NCBI GenBank assembly: GCA_973895155.1
Contig: OZ316893.1
Coordinates: forward strand, 19,534,857-19,598,856
Origin: Marsupella aquatica
Lineage: Eukaryota; Plantae; Marchantiophyta
Length of the DNA: 64,000 nucleotides
Reading direction: 5' to 3'
Under the pieces are notes generated by a model that did no database searches, was not told where the DNA came from, and saw nothing but the letters and a program-made list of their open reading frames with translations. Below are positions 1 to 10,242 of this stretch, piece after piece. The translations under genes were made by a program, and so were the position numbers. Within the stretch, counting starts at the first letter, position 1, and each line of letters opens with the position of its first letter.

Positions 1-1
1 C

Positions 2-1588
2 GTGGATTTGTGGGATGATCTCACAATTTATGTTTGGATAGAGTACGATAGCCAGACTCAACAACTCGAGGTAAGAGTGAGAAATGCCAACTACAGGCCT
101 GTCAAGCCACTACTGAGGCATGAAGTGAAACTTTCTGATGTTGTTGAGGAATACATGTGGGTGGGTTTCTCGAGTTCAGCTGGGCAAGCATCCGCCAATT
201 TCTACATCTGGGATTGGACATTTGACTCTTACGGGATTCAAGATGCAGCAACCTCGCTTCCAACTGGGGGGCCGACCCCGGGGCCGACAGGGTCTAAATC
301 AAGTAGAAGTCACCTCGGCCTCATAGTGGGTATTGCTGTCGGAATTCCTAGTATTCTTCTGGTTTCTATTGTCATTGCTCTTTTTGCATACCGGCGATGG
401 TCTGGAGGTAGACGATACCAGCTAGGGAGTCGATCCAATACTAGGGAGTCAATCACGATGCAAATAGAGGGTGCGCCCGAAATATTCAGCTACAAACAGC
501 TGAGGGTTGCCACCAACGCTTTCAGCGAGGAGTCAAAATTAGGTCAAGGAGGGTTTGGGAGTGTGTATCGTGGGGTGTTGCCGTACTCTGGGATTCCTGT
601 TGCAGTTAAGAAAATCAAGAGTGACTCCTCGCAGGGCAAGAAGGAGTTCATGGCAGAGGTCTCTATTATTAGTCAACTTAGACATAGGAATCTGATTCAG
701 CTCATAGGTTGGTGTAAAGATGTATCGAGAGGAAAATACTTGCTTGTGTATGAACTTATGCCAAATGGAAGTCTAGACAAGGCGTTGTTTGATTCGGCTT
801 GCAATCCCTCGGTTTGCTTGTCTTGGGAGCAACGTTTCAACATAGTGACGGGCACTGCGGCTGCTTTAGACTACTTACACCAAGGATGGAAGCTTAAGAG
901 AAAGGTGATCCATAGAGACATCAAGAGTTCGAATATAATGCTGGATGGGGACTGGAATGCAAAGCTTGGGGATTTTGGTCTTGCTCGTTTGGTGGATCAT
1001 CAAAGGGCACCGGACACAACCTTGGTGGCGGGAACCTATGGTTACATGGCCCCGGAAATAGCCGCTTCTGGGAAATTCACGGACAAAACCGATGTGTTTG
1101 CTTTTGGCGCTGTGGTTTTAGAGGTAGCATGTGGACGGAGAGCTTTGGCTCCAGATCTCCCAGAAGACGAAGTGATTCTGGTGGATTGGATATGGCAGAA
1201 AGTTAGTGAGGGTGGCCTCATGAGTACAGTGGATAAACGACTTGAAAACTATGACACTGAATGGATGGAAGTGCTGTTGATTATTGGGTTAAAATGCTCT
1301 CATCCTAATCCTTTGGAACGACCGTCTATGGGGCAGGTTGTCCAGGTACTAGCTGGAAATGTTCCTGTTCCTTCAATCCCACTCTCTAAGCCCGCTTTTG
1401 TAATAGGATCAGACCGTCAGAACGTCTTACTAGAATATATTCATGGTTCAAAGCCTGCTACTTCTAGGTCGATATCTAATGGTTCAAAGTCTGGGACGAT
1501 ATCTACTTCTAGGTCGATATATAGATCGATGTCGCTGACATCTCGGAACAACTCCAATGCACCCCGCGGGCTGACTCAACATGATTGA
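2..1588 (+). CDS. L-type (legume) lectin receptor-like kinase, 5'-truncated by the window edge, intronless in the visible part
   Basis: Lectin C-terminus (VWIEYD...MWVGFSSSAG...IWDWTF), TM helix (LGLIVGIAVGIPSILLVSIVIALFAY), kinase motifs LGQGGFGSVYRG, VAVKK, HRDIKSSN, DFGLARL, GTYGYMAPE. Confidence 0.96.
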   Translation: MDLWDDLTIYVWIEYDSQTQQLEVRVRNANYRPVKPLLRHEVKLSDVVEEYMWVGFSSSAGQASANFYIWDWTFDSYGIQDAATSLPTGGPTPGPTGSKSSRSHLGLIVGIAVGIPSILLVSIVIALFAYRRWSGGRRYQLGSRSNTRESITMQIEGAPEIFSYKQLRVATNAFSEESKLGQGGFGSVYRGVLPYSGIPVAVKKIKSDSSQGKKEFMAEVSIISQLRHRNLIQLIGWCKDVSRGKYLLVYELMPNGSLDKALFDSACNPSVCLSWEQRFNIVTGTAAALDYLHQGWKLKRKVIHRDIKSSNIMLDGDWNAKLGDFGLARLVDHQRAPDTTLVAGTYGYMAPEIAASGKFTDKTDVFAFGAVVLEVACGRRALAPDLPEDEVILVDWIWQKVSEGGLMSTVDKRLENYDTEWMEVLLIIGLKCSHPNPLERPSMGQVVQVLAGNVPVPSIPLSKPAFVIGSDRQNVLLEYIHGSKPATSRSISNGSKSGTISTSRSIYRSMSLTSRNNSNAPRGLTQHD

Positions 1589-1843
1589 TAAGCTAGAGGT
1601 TCGAAGTCTGCGACTGCTCAGGCGAATTGCTCATCTGGGATGCTGATTCGTCATTGGAGTTGAAACTGGAGTTTGACATTGAACATCTTCTCAGGTGTTG
1701 ACAGTTTCGTTCAATCGGTGCGTTAGGAAGGGAGGTCGCATGCAACGGTGCATGCCAAAACAAAATACACTTAATGTTCAGTTGTTCGAAAGACATAAGG
1801 AAGAGCTGCTCAGGTCAATAAATAGATCATCACCGTCATCGAG

Positions 1844-2039
1844 ATCATCCAGAGAGTTGACACCTTACTAGCGAGATTGCATGACGTCGCCTTGAAGTAC
1901 AGTTATATGGTACATCTCCGTGTTCGGCCTAAGAGAGGATCGTCACAGGTAGACTAGATTAGTGAATGGATTTGTGTGACTGTTTTATCATCCAGAGAGT
2001 TGACACCTTAATAGCGAGATTCCATGACGTCGGCTTGAA
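1844..2039 (+). repeat. ~53-bp direct repeat, two copies (1844-1897, 1987-2039)
   Basis: atcatccagagagttgacacctt...tagcgagatt(g/c)catgacgtcg(c/g)cttgaa appears twice downstream of the kinase. Confidence 0.85.
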
Positions 2040-3704
2040 TTTTTTATAGTGTGGTCCCCCAAAATGAAAGAAATTAGTTAGAGGACCCCTCGGTTATGTA
2101 ATCTTATTTTATTGAACTATTTGGAAGTGAAGAGTTGCACATCTCAAAGATTAAATGGAGTATGAAGTGAATTTTGAAGATAGTACAATTTCATTGATGA
2201 CAAAATAATAGAAATACATTCATGGTAATAAGAGGGTAATCCTCCATGCAAATTGTTTCCCTTAGTACTTCTTTGTCTATACAATGTACATGTAATATTT
2301 CATATACTTAGGTTATGCAAAATATTACTTTGTCCATATTACGTAGTAGAAAGATTTTAATGTCCCTTGGTATTGCTCTACCCACACTAGATATAGTGTC
2401 TCTTACCTTTGTTTGTTACTCCTCCATCCATGATAGCCAATTGAAAGTGTTTCTTAAGTTCATAATTGTTAGAGAAGTTAAAAATTTTCTTGGATTTATT
2501 ATGTTATCTAAGTGGTAAATGTTAGAATAGTTGCAGAGTTTCTTTCTACTTGTCATATATTATTTCCAAGAAGTGTAAATTAAATCCAAAAACTTCAAAC
2601 AGATTACCATAAAGCACTTATATGTCAATCACAACTCATGTAAAATTTATTTTCTTTCATCTTTATTTTATCTGAAATAAAATTTTACCTGAAATGTTAC
2701 TTTTCAGTTGTTCATTGTTTTTACAGGGTCTAAATAATTTTTTTTTTGCCTTACCTCAAACTTACGTGAATAGTCAAATTTGGTTCTTCTTTCATAATTA
2801 ACTGTTCTTGTTTGTGCAAATCATGCTCATGTGGCTACAGGTACATCCAGGAAATTTGAAAGAACCTTCCCATGGGGGTCCATAATGAATGAATCTAACA
2901 AAGAAAGAAAAATGAATCTAATTCAAATAACACTGAGTGCCCCTCAAATGAAAGAATCTGGCCAAAGAAGGAATTCATAGTGAAAGGGAAAGAGAATGCA
3001 CACTTTCCAAGCTAGAAATTCAATAGGACAATTAAGGCCAATAAGAACAAGCTCCCAACATTTTCTCCACAGGAGGTGTCTTGTTCATGCCCCTCATCTC
3101 TATTAGTCTTGCTTTTGCCCTAATTCCTTTCCAGTCAGGAGCCCAGCTCCTTGCCCCCATTTGCATCTTTGTCCCCGCTTTCGTTTCATCTTTTGTATCA
3201 CCAACTAAAAAGATTTCTCGCCCAAGTAACTCTTGCCCATGTATTCTCACCATCCATTTGAGCCTTTCCCATATTTTTGTGTTGACTTTCAGAATTAAAT
3301 TATCTGATTACATAATTTCATGTGCTATTTTGAACAAGATTTGCACATTGACAACATTTTTCACATGAAATAGACAAGAAAGAATTATGGCAAATCCAAT
3401 ATTTTTAGTTTGATTGACCTAAAAACCTCAACCTTTAATCCATAGTTTTTTACCTTACCTCAATGTATCCACGGAATGCTTTGGCATTGGGCTTGGCAAC
3501 AACATGGTCACAAATCAGAACAACATAGTTACCTGCAACACCCTCATGACCAAAGTGACTGCATCGCCATAATGACAACATGGCCCCAACAACATTTGAG
3601 ATCATGTCAATGAAAACAACTTTCTTGCCTCACTTGCATTTCGTATTTCGTTGCCTCGCCTCGATCACTTATATTTTTTGCATTTCTTTGCCTCGCCTCA
3701 ACAT

Positions 3705-5430
3705 AACACGATTTTGGACCGACCGAGAAGTGTGACACACTTCTCGTTTAGCCCGATTCCATTTTTTTCTAAGGCAATGCAATCTCCGATAAAACTGCCA
3801 AAAAATTGAAAAAACACAAGTTGCCTACATTGCATCGCCGCGGGAATGTAGGGAGCGATACGTGCATCGGGTTTTACATTTGGTCTATAAAAAAGTCCGA
3901 ACTGCGAGTAAATTGGTCTGAACCACGTAATCAAGGGTCGACCACGCACTAACCCGGGTTAGTGCAGATGTAACCATGGTTAACATGGAAAAATAACCAT
4001 GGTTAGAGCATCCCCTATATAAAGAGGAGTGGGCTGCCCATAAAAGGTTTATTTTTGCCGGAGCGAACAACACCTCACTCAGAGCGAATATTGGACTCCT
4101 ATCAAGTCTTACATTCCTCACAAGAGACTTGACTCTTTCTCCAGAGAACCCGATAAATTTATCGGAACTACCATTCCAATTCGAGTAACATCTATGTAAG
4201 GTTGACTTGTCATTTGGTGTCAATGTCCTGACCCAAGCGGATTGCGATAAATTTATCGCATTCTGCATTCCTCAGTTGCATTCCTTTGAAGAATTGCATA
4301 TGTTTGAAGAACATCAAATAGAATTATAGGAGTGAGCATTCATTCCATAGACTATATTCAAGGTCCGATAAATTTATCGGAGTCTTCATTCCTTTGACGG
4401 ATTAAGGATTATTTGAGACTCCAATAAATTTATCGGAGTCTTCATTCCTTTGACGGATTAAGGATTATTTGAGACTCCTTTGACGGATTGAGGATTAGTT
4501 GAGACTCCGATAAATTTATCGAAGTCTTCATTCCTTTGACGGATTAAGAATTAGTTGAGACTCCGATAAATTTATCGAAGTCTTCATTCATCTAATGGAT
4601 TGAAGATTATTTGAGACTCCGATAAATTTATCGGAGTCTCCATTCCTGTGATTGATTGAAGATTATTTGAGACTCCAATAATTTTATCGGAGTCTTCATT
4701 CCTTTAATGGATTGAAGATGGTTTAGAGGACATCCGCTAAAATTATTAGAGCGCGCATTCCTGTGATGGATTCAGGGCTTAGGTGTTTGATGGGGTCATG
4801 TCTTCTAGGTGAATGCAAAGTGCGATAAACTTATCGCACCCTCATGGCAACACGATTTTGGACCGACCAAGAAGTGTGACACACTTCTCGTTTAGCCCGA
4901 CTCTATTTTTTTCTAAGGCAATGCAAACTCCGATAAAATAGATGTCAAATCAAAAAAACATCAGTTCTGGACATTGCATCATCGCAGGAATGGAGGCAGC
5001 GATACGTGCATCGGGTTTTACATTTGTAACTTTCAAAAGTTGCCCAAAGTCCCAACTGTGAGTAACTTGGTCCCAATCACGTAATCAAGAGTCGACCACG
5101 CACTAACCCATATTAGTGCAAAGTTAACCATCGTTTGTGGGAAATAGTAACCATGGTTAGAGCATTCCCTATAAAAAGGAGCGAGATGGCCATAAAAGTT
5201 TAGTTTGATCGCCAGATCAAACAACATTCATCTTAAAGAAAATACCAAACTCCTACCAAGTCTTACATTCCTATAAAGAGATTTGAATCTTTCTCTCAAA
5301 AACCCGATAAATTTATCAAAACTTGCATTTTGGTTCGAGTATTATCAATTATGTAAGGTTTGTTATTCATTCATTGTCAGTGTGAGGGGATTTCAGTGAA
5401 CATGCAATAAATTTATCACAATCTGCATTT
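3705..5430 (+). repeat. Diverged tandem duplication of the element's left end (period ~1144 bp; copies start 3705 and 4849)
   Basis: aacacgattttggaccgacc(g/a)agaagtgtgacacacttctcgtttagcccga, gcgatacgtgcatcggg, gtcgaccacgcactaaccc and caagtcttacattcct each recur in the same order. Confidence 0.9.
4365..4770 (+). repeat. 56-bp minisatellite (~7 units), each unit centred on ccGATAAATTTATCg
   Basis: Unit ccgataaatttatcggagtcttcattcctttgacggattaaggattatttgagact, with palindromes at about 4367, 4423, 4509, 4565 and 4621. Confidence 0.92.
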
Positions 5431-5642
5431 CTCTGTTGGATTTAGGATTCCAGCGAACATGCGATAAAACTATCGCAGTCCGCATTCCTTGGTTAGATTC
5501 AGGATTTCAACGAACATGCGATAATTTTATCGTAGTTTGCAATCCTCTGTTGGATTCAAGATTCCAGCAAACATGCGATAAATTTATCACATTCTAGATT
5601 CCTTTGTTCGATAAATTTCGATAAAGTTTTGATAAATTTATC
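5385..5642 (+). repeat. ~57-bp minisatellite (~4 units) with gcGATAAATTTATC core
   Basis: Unit approximately gaacatgcgataaatttatcgcagtc...ttcctctgttggattcaggattccagc. Confidence 0.8.
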
Positions 5643-6107
5643 ATTGTTTGTATTCCAAAGATTGATATTGTTTTATCATTATAGAAAGTTGCAAAACTAA
5701 GAATTGTTGGTATGTTGTTTGTGGGTGTACATAGATAGTCATGTTTGGACTCATTTTGAAGCCCTCAATGCGCCCAGTCTAATAGTGGTGTTATGTTGTC
5801 CATATTATCTTTCAATACAAGATAATAATAGGGACAATATTTGTTACTCAAAACCTCGTGCTAATAGATCTAACCTCAAGAGACCAACCAGGAGTACCCA
5901 AAATATAAGGAAAAATGAAAGTTGCAATAAATTTCTTGTTGTTTGTATTCCAAAGATTGATATTGTTTTATCATTATAGAAAGTTACAAAACTAAGAATG
6001 GTTGACATATTGTTTGTGGATGTACATAGATAGTCATGTTTGGACTCATTTTGAAGCCCTAAATGAGCCCAGTCTAATAGTGGTGTTATGTTGTCCATGT
6101 TATCTTT
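5631..6107 (+). repeat. ~180-bp direct repeat, two copies (~5631-5811 and ~5926-6107)
   Basis: ttgtttgtattccaaagattgatattgttttatcattatagaaagtt...ccagtctaatagtggtgttatgttgtccat is nearly identical in both copies. Confidence 0.92.
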
Positions 6108-7180
6108 GGTCCGAATTCGTGTTCCAAATATTTCTCAGAACTCTTATTATAATTATTTTCTCTGGTGCTTTGCTAACTTCTCCCTCTCCAATGCTTGTGC
6201 CTTCCGATGCTCGTTTAGCAATGTTGAGAATTTTCCTCAATAATAAAAATGTTTAGAACTTTGCTAGATTGATAACGATAAATTTATCGAGTTCAGTATT
6301 CAAACACTTGATTTGATTACCATAATGTTAAACCATGATAGGGATAAATTTATCGGGATAAGTATTCAAACTATTGAAACAATATATTCACACACAATTA
6401 CCAAAGAAGAAGCATTGGAATCCTCAACCCGATAAAATTATCGGGAGTAACACACGGGTTTAGAAACTTACTTTCTGCTTCCTGTTCCTCACCCGGAGAC
6501 TGAAAAATCCGTCGTTGAATGTGAGTTGAATGTGGCGCCTTGAATGTCGAGTGCAATACACGTAATGGTTGCCGGATACCCTCTCCATAACCTGGGATGG
6601 ATGGCCTGAAGCGACGTCTCAGACCTAAACCTGGGATTGAAATTTTCTCAATTCTTGGCGATGGAACGCTCAAGAGACAACGCTTCTCAGGTTTATTAGG
6701 CGACACATAGTAAGAATTGGGCTTAGGACCAGAACTTGCATCAGAATCCCAATCAAAGTCAATGATTTCAGGCACAATCTACTATGAGAGAGGTAGAGCT
6801 TTAGGGATGCGACTTGGCAAAGAGCAAGTGACAACAATAGGAGAGGATTTTAACTAAACTTGAACATGAATCTATGTCTCATTGAGACATGGTTATCCGT
6901 GACACTATGGGGCTTTACATACCTCCCCTCAATCAGGGAAAACGAATGGCTCAACGGACAAAAATGTTGCTCCAAGAACACAACTCCAAAAAAGAACTAT
7001 ACTCTGAATAATGACGCCAAAACCTCATCGGCGGTGGCCCTTTTATAGTGTCTGTTGAGGGGTTGGCCCACGTGGCCACTTTTGATTGACCGTCTCGCTA
7101 AACGACAAAATAACAGAGAAGGGTATATTTCTTGAATATCCAATTTGATTCTTACATGTGCATCTTGGCAAAATTATGTA

Positions 7181-7491
7181 GTTTTGAAATTTAAGAGATA
7201 AATATATCTATGTTTGTATTGCAAAATAGATTTTATTCATATGGATGTTTGCAGTTTTGGAATTTAAGCGATAAATTTATCTGATGTTGGTATTGCAAAA
7301 AGTGTTGTCTTCATATGGATAATTGCAATTTTGAAATTTAAGCGATAAATTTATCTGAGGTTGGTATTGCAAAAGTGTTTTCTTCATATGGATAGTTGCA
7401 ATTTTGAAATTTAAGCGATAAATTTATCTGATGTCAATGGTATTGCAAAAGTGTTTTCTTCATATGGAGAGTTGCAATTTTGAAATTTAAC
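7181..7491 (+). repeat. 73-74-bp minisatellite (~4 units) with aagcGATAAATTTATC core
   Basis: Unit ttttgaaatttaagcgataaatttatctgatgttggtattgcaaaagtgttttcttcatatggatagttgcaa. Confidence 0.9.
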
Positions 7492-7815
7492 CGATGAACC
7501 GAAGGATGTTAGTATTGTTGGCAAGTATTTTGGCCGTCTGGAGTTTTCGCGAATGTTTTTTTGATCTTATTTTTCCATGATAAATTGAATGTTTGTGACC
7601 ATTAATTTCAGTGGTTCTGACCATTCCCTAATTTCCTGATTCAATCCAAACTCCGATACGGATTACATTATTTTCCCAAAAACCGGTTTTTGATTAAAAA
7701 AACCACCGATTTTGTGAGATTCGGCGGAAATGAAAATACACTTCTCGTTTGTGGAAATAGTTCTCATTCGGTCGGAAATCATGTTACATGTTCAATGCAA
7801 CGTACATCAAAACTT

Positions 7816-8678
7816 GCAATAGGTCCTCAATGGCCCGCATGGCCTTGCCATAAGTTGGAGCCAGAGTCAACATCGATTGTTTGTCCAAAACAGTCCCTCT
7901 TTGGGTGCAGCCCGTGCTCCCCAATGTACAGGCTATCCATCACCAGCTGACCGCCATGTCCTTGGACATGCTCATGGCCCAAATAGCGTAGCTTGTCCTA
8001 AAATTTTGGGACCATAATGGCCTGACTCTAGCAACCAACTCACGGTTCTTGCTCAACTAATAGCCTAGGGGCCAAGTGCACTTAGAACTCAACCTCCATG
8101 CCTACTTGGCCTTGATTGTCTCCCCAACGTAAGCTCTCGTGGAAAATTGAAAGCAACTTGGCTGCTATTTTGGCAGGATTTGCGGTAGGATTTGGCAAGC
8201 GGGGCGGGATAGCCCCCGCAAACTCCAAGAATCCATGACACCCCCTAAACCCAGATGAGCTCAGGAGGATGTAGTCCTCCTTGAGAGCTTTCTAACGCAC
8301 CCAAGGAGTTCTCCAGCGGACTTTCCATTGGGAAGTTATTGTCGTTACTTTCCATTTGGTGTCTCTCCTTGGTGTCGCGATCGCCGCGGCTTACGCTTGG
8401 GCTCGCCCTTGGCCTCTAGGGAGACACCACTCCCCTAATATATGGTTTTTGGGACCTGCCACCCCCGGACCAACTTTGGTCCCCATATTTTGGCTCCTCA
8501 CCTAGACCCCAACCTGCACGCCTGGGTACACCACCAATTGGCTATGCCCATAATTTTCTAGTTAGGCATCAGTAGACGTAGTACCGTAGCCCATTGTGAT
8601 TGGGCTGACCCAGTGCTCATGCCTAGGCCCTCAAAAACCGTCATCACTTGGGCTCCCCTGGCGGTCACACGTGGGTCG
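7816..8678 (-). repeat. Repeat X, outer copy, left part (interrupted by the copia element)
   Basis: Reverse complement of ~9395-10242, for example gggagacaccactcccct/aggggagtggtgtctccc and gagctcaggagga/tcctcctgagctc. Confidence 0.88.
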
Positions 8679-9016
8679 TGTTAAGGATTGCTCTTAGTCT
8701 TGTGACTCATAGGTTACGGCAATTAAGTTAACCATAGTTAGGGACTTAGTTGAGGTTAGGTTAGTCATGTGTAACCTTGTATATACCAGGGCTAGTGTAA
8801 ACCACTGGCAGATAGTGCTTGCTCATTATAACAGAGAAACTTGAGGAAGAGAGAGAGCTTGTGTGTTCAACTACTATGTTGACCAAAGTAACGTTGGAGT
8901 GTTCGTGTGGACGTAGCCTTGGAGAAGAGGTGAACCATGTATGGATTGTGTCGACTATATGAGCATGGTATGAGTCATGATCGTATCATCATGAAAGAAG
9001 ACGTCATAGTTCAACA
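8679..9016 (+). repeat. copia 5' LTR (338 bp)
   Basis: tgttaaggattgctcttagtcttgtgactcat...gaagacgtcatagttcaaca, matching 19023-19369. Confidence 0.93.
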
Positions 9017-9030
9017 ATTAATATCGGAGC
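9017..9030 (+). promoter_or_regulatory. Degenerate tRNA-iMet primer-binding site
   Basis: attaatatcggagc directly after the 5' LTR resembles canonical (aat)TGGTATCAGAGC. Confidence 0.6.
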
Positions 9031-9055
9031 AAGCCAGGATGTGGAACTTTACTAT

Positions 9056-10242
9056 CTTAACACTTAGCTCTGGCGTCACTGACTCCAACGCCGATCTCCC
9101 TTATGGTCCAGGCCTAGATAGGCCATCCGGGGGAGAACTTAGCATGGGGAGACTTGTGGGCAATGGGACATGGCACTAGCGAAGGCAAGGCGCCAAGTTG
9201 GTGACACACACTAAGGACTTGGGCTAGCTGAGAGCTGGTCGGGTCAAGGGGAAATGGGCCGGGCTCAAGGTCGACCATCCAGACCCCTGGAAGGACTTTG
9301 AGTTATGAGAGCTTGAGTGAGAGCTCCTCTTGGGCCCAAGGCCAATGGAGTTGACACCATGGGCAACAGATGCTTGGGGCGGAAGTTATGGTCCGATTCG
9401 GGTTGGGCCAGTCGGGGGCCCCAAGCATCAATGAGACTTGAGGGCCTTGGCATGAGCACCAGGTTGGCCCGATCACAATGGGCTAAGGCACTCTGCTTGC
9501 GGATGCCTAACGAGAAAGTTATGGGCGTTTCCAATTGGTGGCGCGTCCAATATGCGCGATAGGATCCGGGTTGGAGGCCAAAAGTTTAGGGACCAAAGTT
9601 TTTCCGGGGGTGGCAGGTCTCTAGGAGCATATATGAGGGGAGTGGTGTCTCCCTAGGGGCCAAGGGCGAGCCAAAGTCGTGAGCCGCGGCGGTCGCAACA
9701 CTAAGGGAAAACACCAAACGGAAATGATGATATCTTCCAAACGGGAAGTTCGTTGGAGGACTTCTTGGATGCGTTGGAAAGCTCTTGAGGAGGGCTATGT
9801 CCTCCTGAGCTCAGTTGGGCCTGGGGGCACCATGGGTTCTCGGGGTTTGTGGGTGTTAGCTCGCCCGCTTGCCAAATCCTGTCGAACATCAGCCAAGCCA
9901 CGTTCAATCTCCCAAGGGAGCTTGCATTGGGGAGGCAAGGCCAAGTAGGTGCGGAGGTTGAGTTCCAAAGGTGCTTGGCCCGTAGATCATGAGTGGGGCA
10001 AACCGGGAGTTGGTTGCTAGAGTCGGGGCCATTATGGTCCCGACGTGTTGGGACAAGCTTGGGACAAGCTTCAGGACAAGCTATGCTACTTGGGCAATGA
10101 GCATGTCCTGGGGTTAGGGCGGTCAGTTGGTGATGGATAGGTACGAGGAGGAACCCGGGCTGCGCCCAAGGAAGGAGTTGTTTTGGACGAACAGTGGGCG
10201 TGGGTTCAAGTTCCGGGTTATGGCATTGGGAGGACCTATCGC
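9056..10242 (+). repeat. Repeat X, inner uninterrupted copy, inverted relative to the outer copy
   Basis: Colinear with the reverse complement of 19370-19717 joined to 7816-8678. Begins cttaacacttagctc; shared similarity ends near gaggacctat(c/t)gc. Confidence 0.88.

Larger units (their letters stand above)
3704..7786. mobile_element. Putative non-autonomous TIR DNA element rich in GATAAATTTATC palindromes, left end duplicated
   Basis: Left end TAACACGATTTTGGACCGACCGAGAA matches the reverse complement of the right end (TAACATGATTTCCGACCGAATGAGAA) at 21/26. About 20 internal copies of the palindrome. No transposase or TSD recognised. Confidence 0.6.

Noticed and set aside
4365-4770. Regularly spaced palindromic repeats resembling a CRISPR array
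   Set aside because: The spacers are near-identical to each other, the context is eukaryotic and there are no cas genes. It is a minisatellite.
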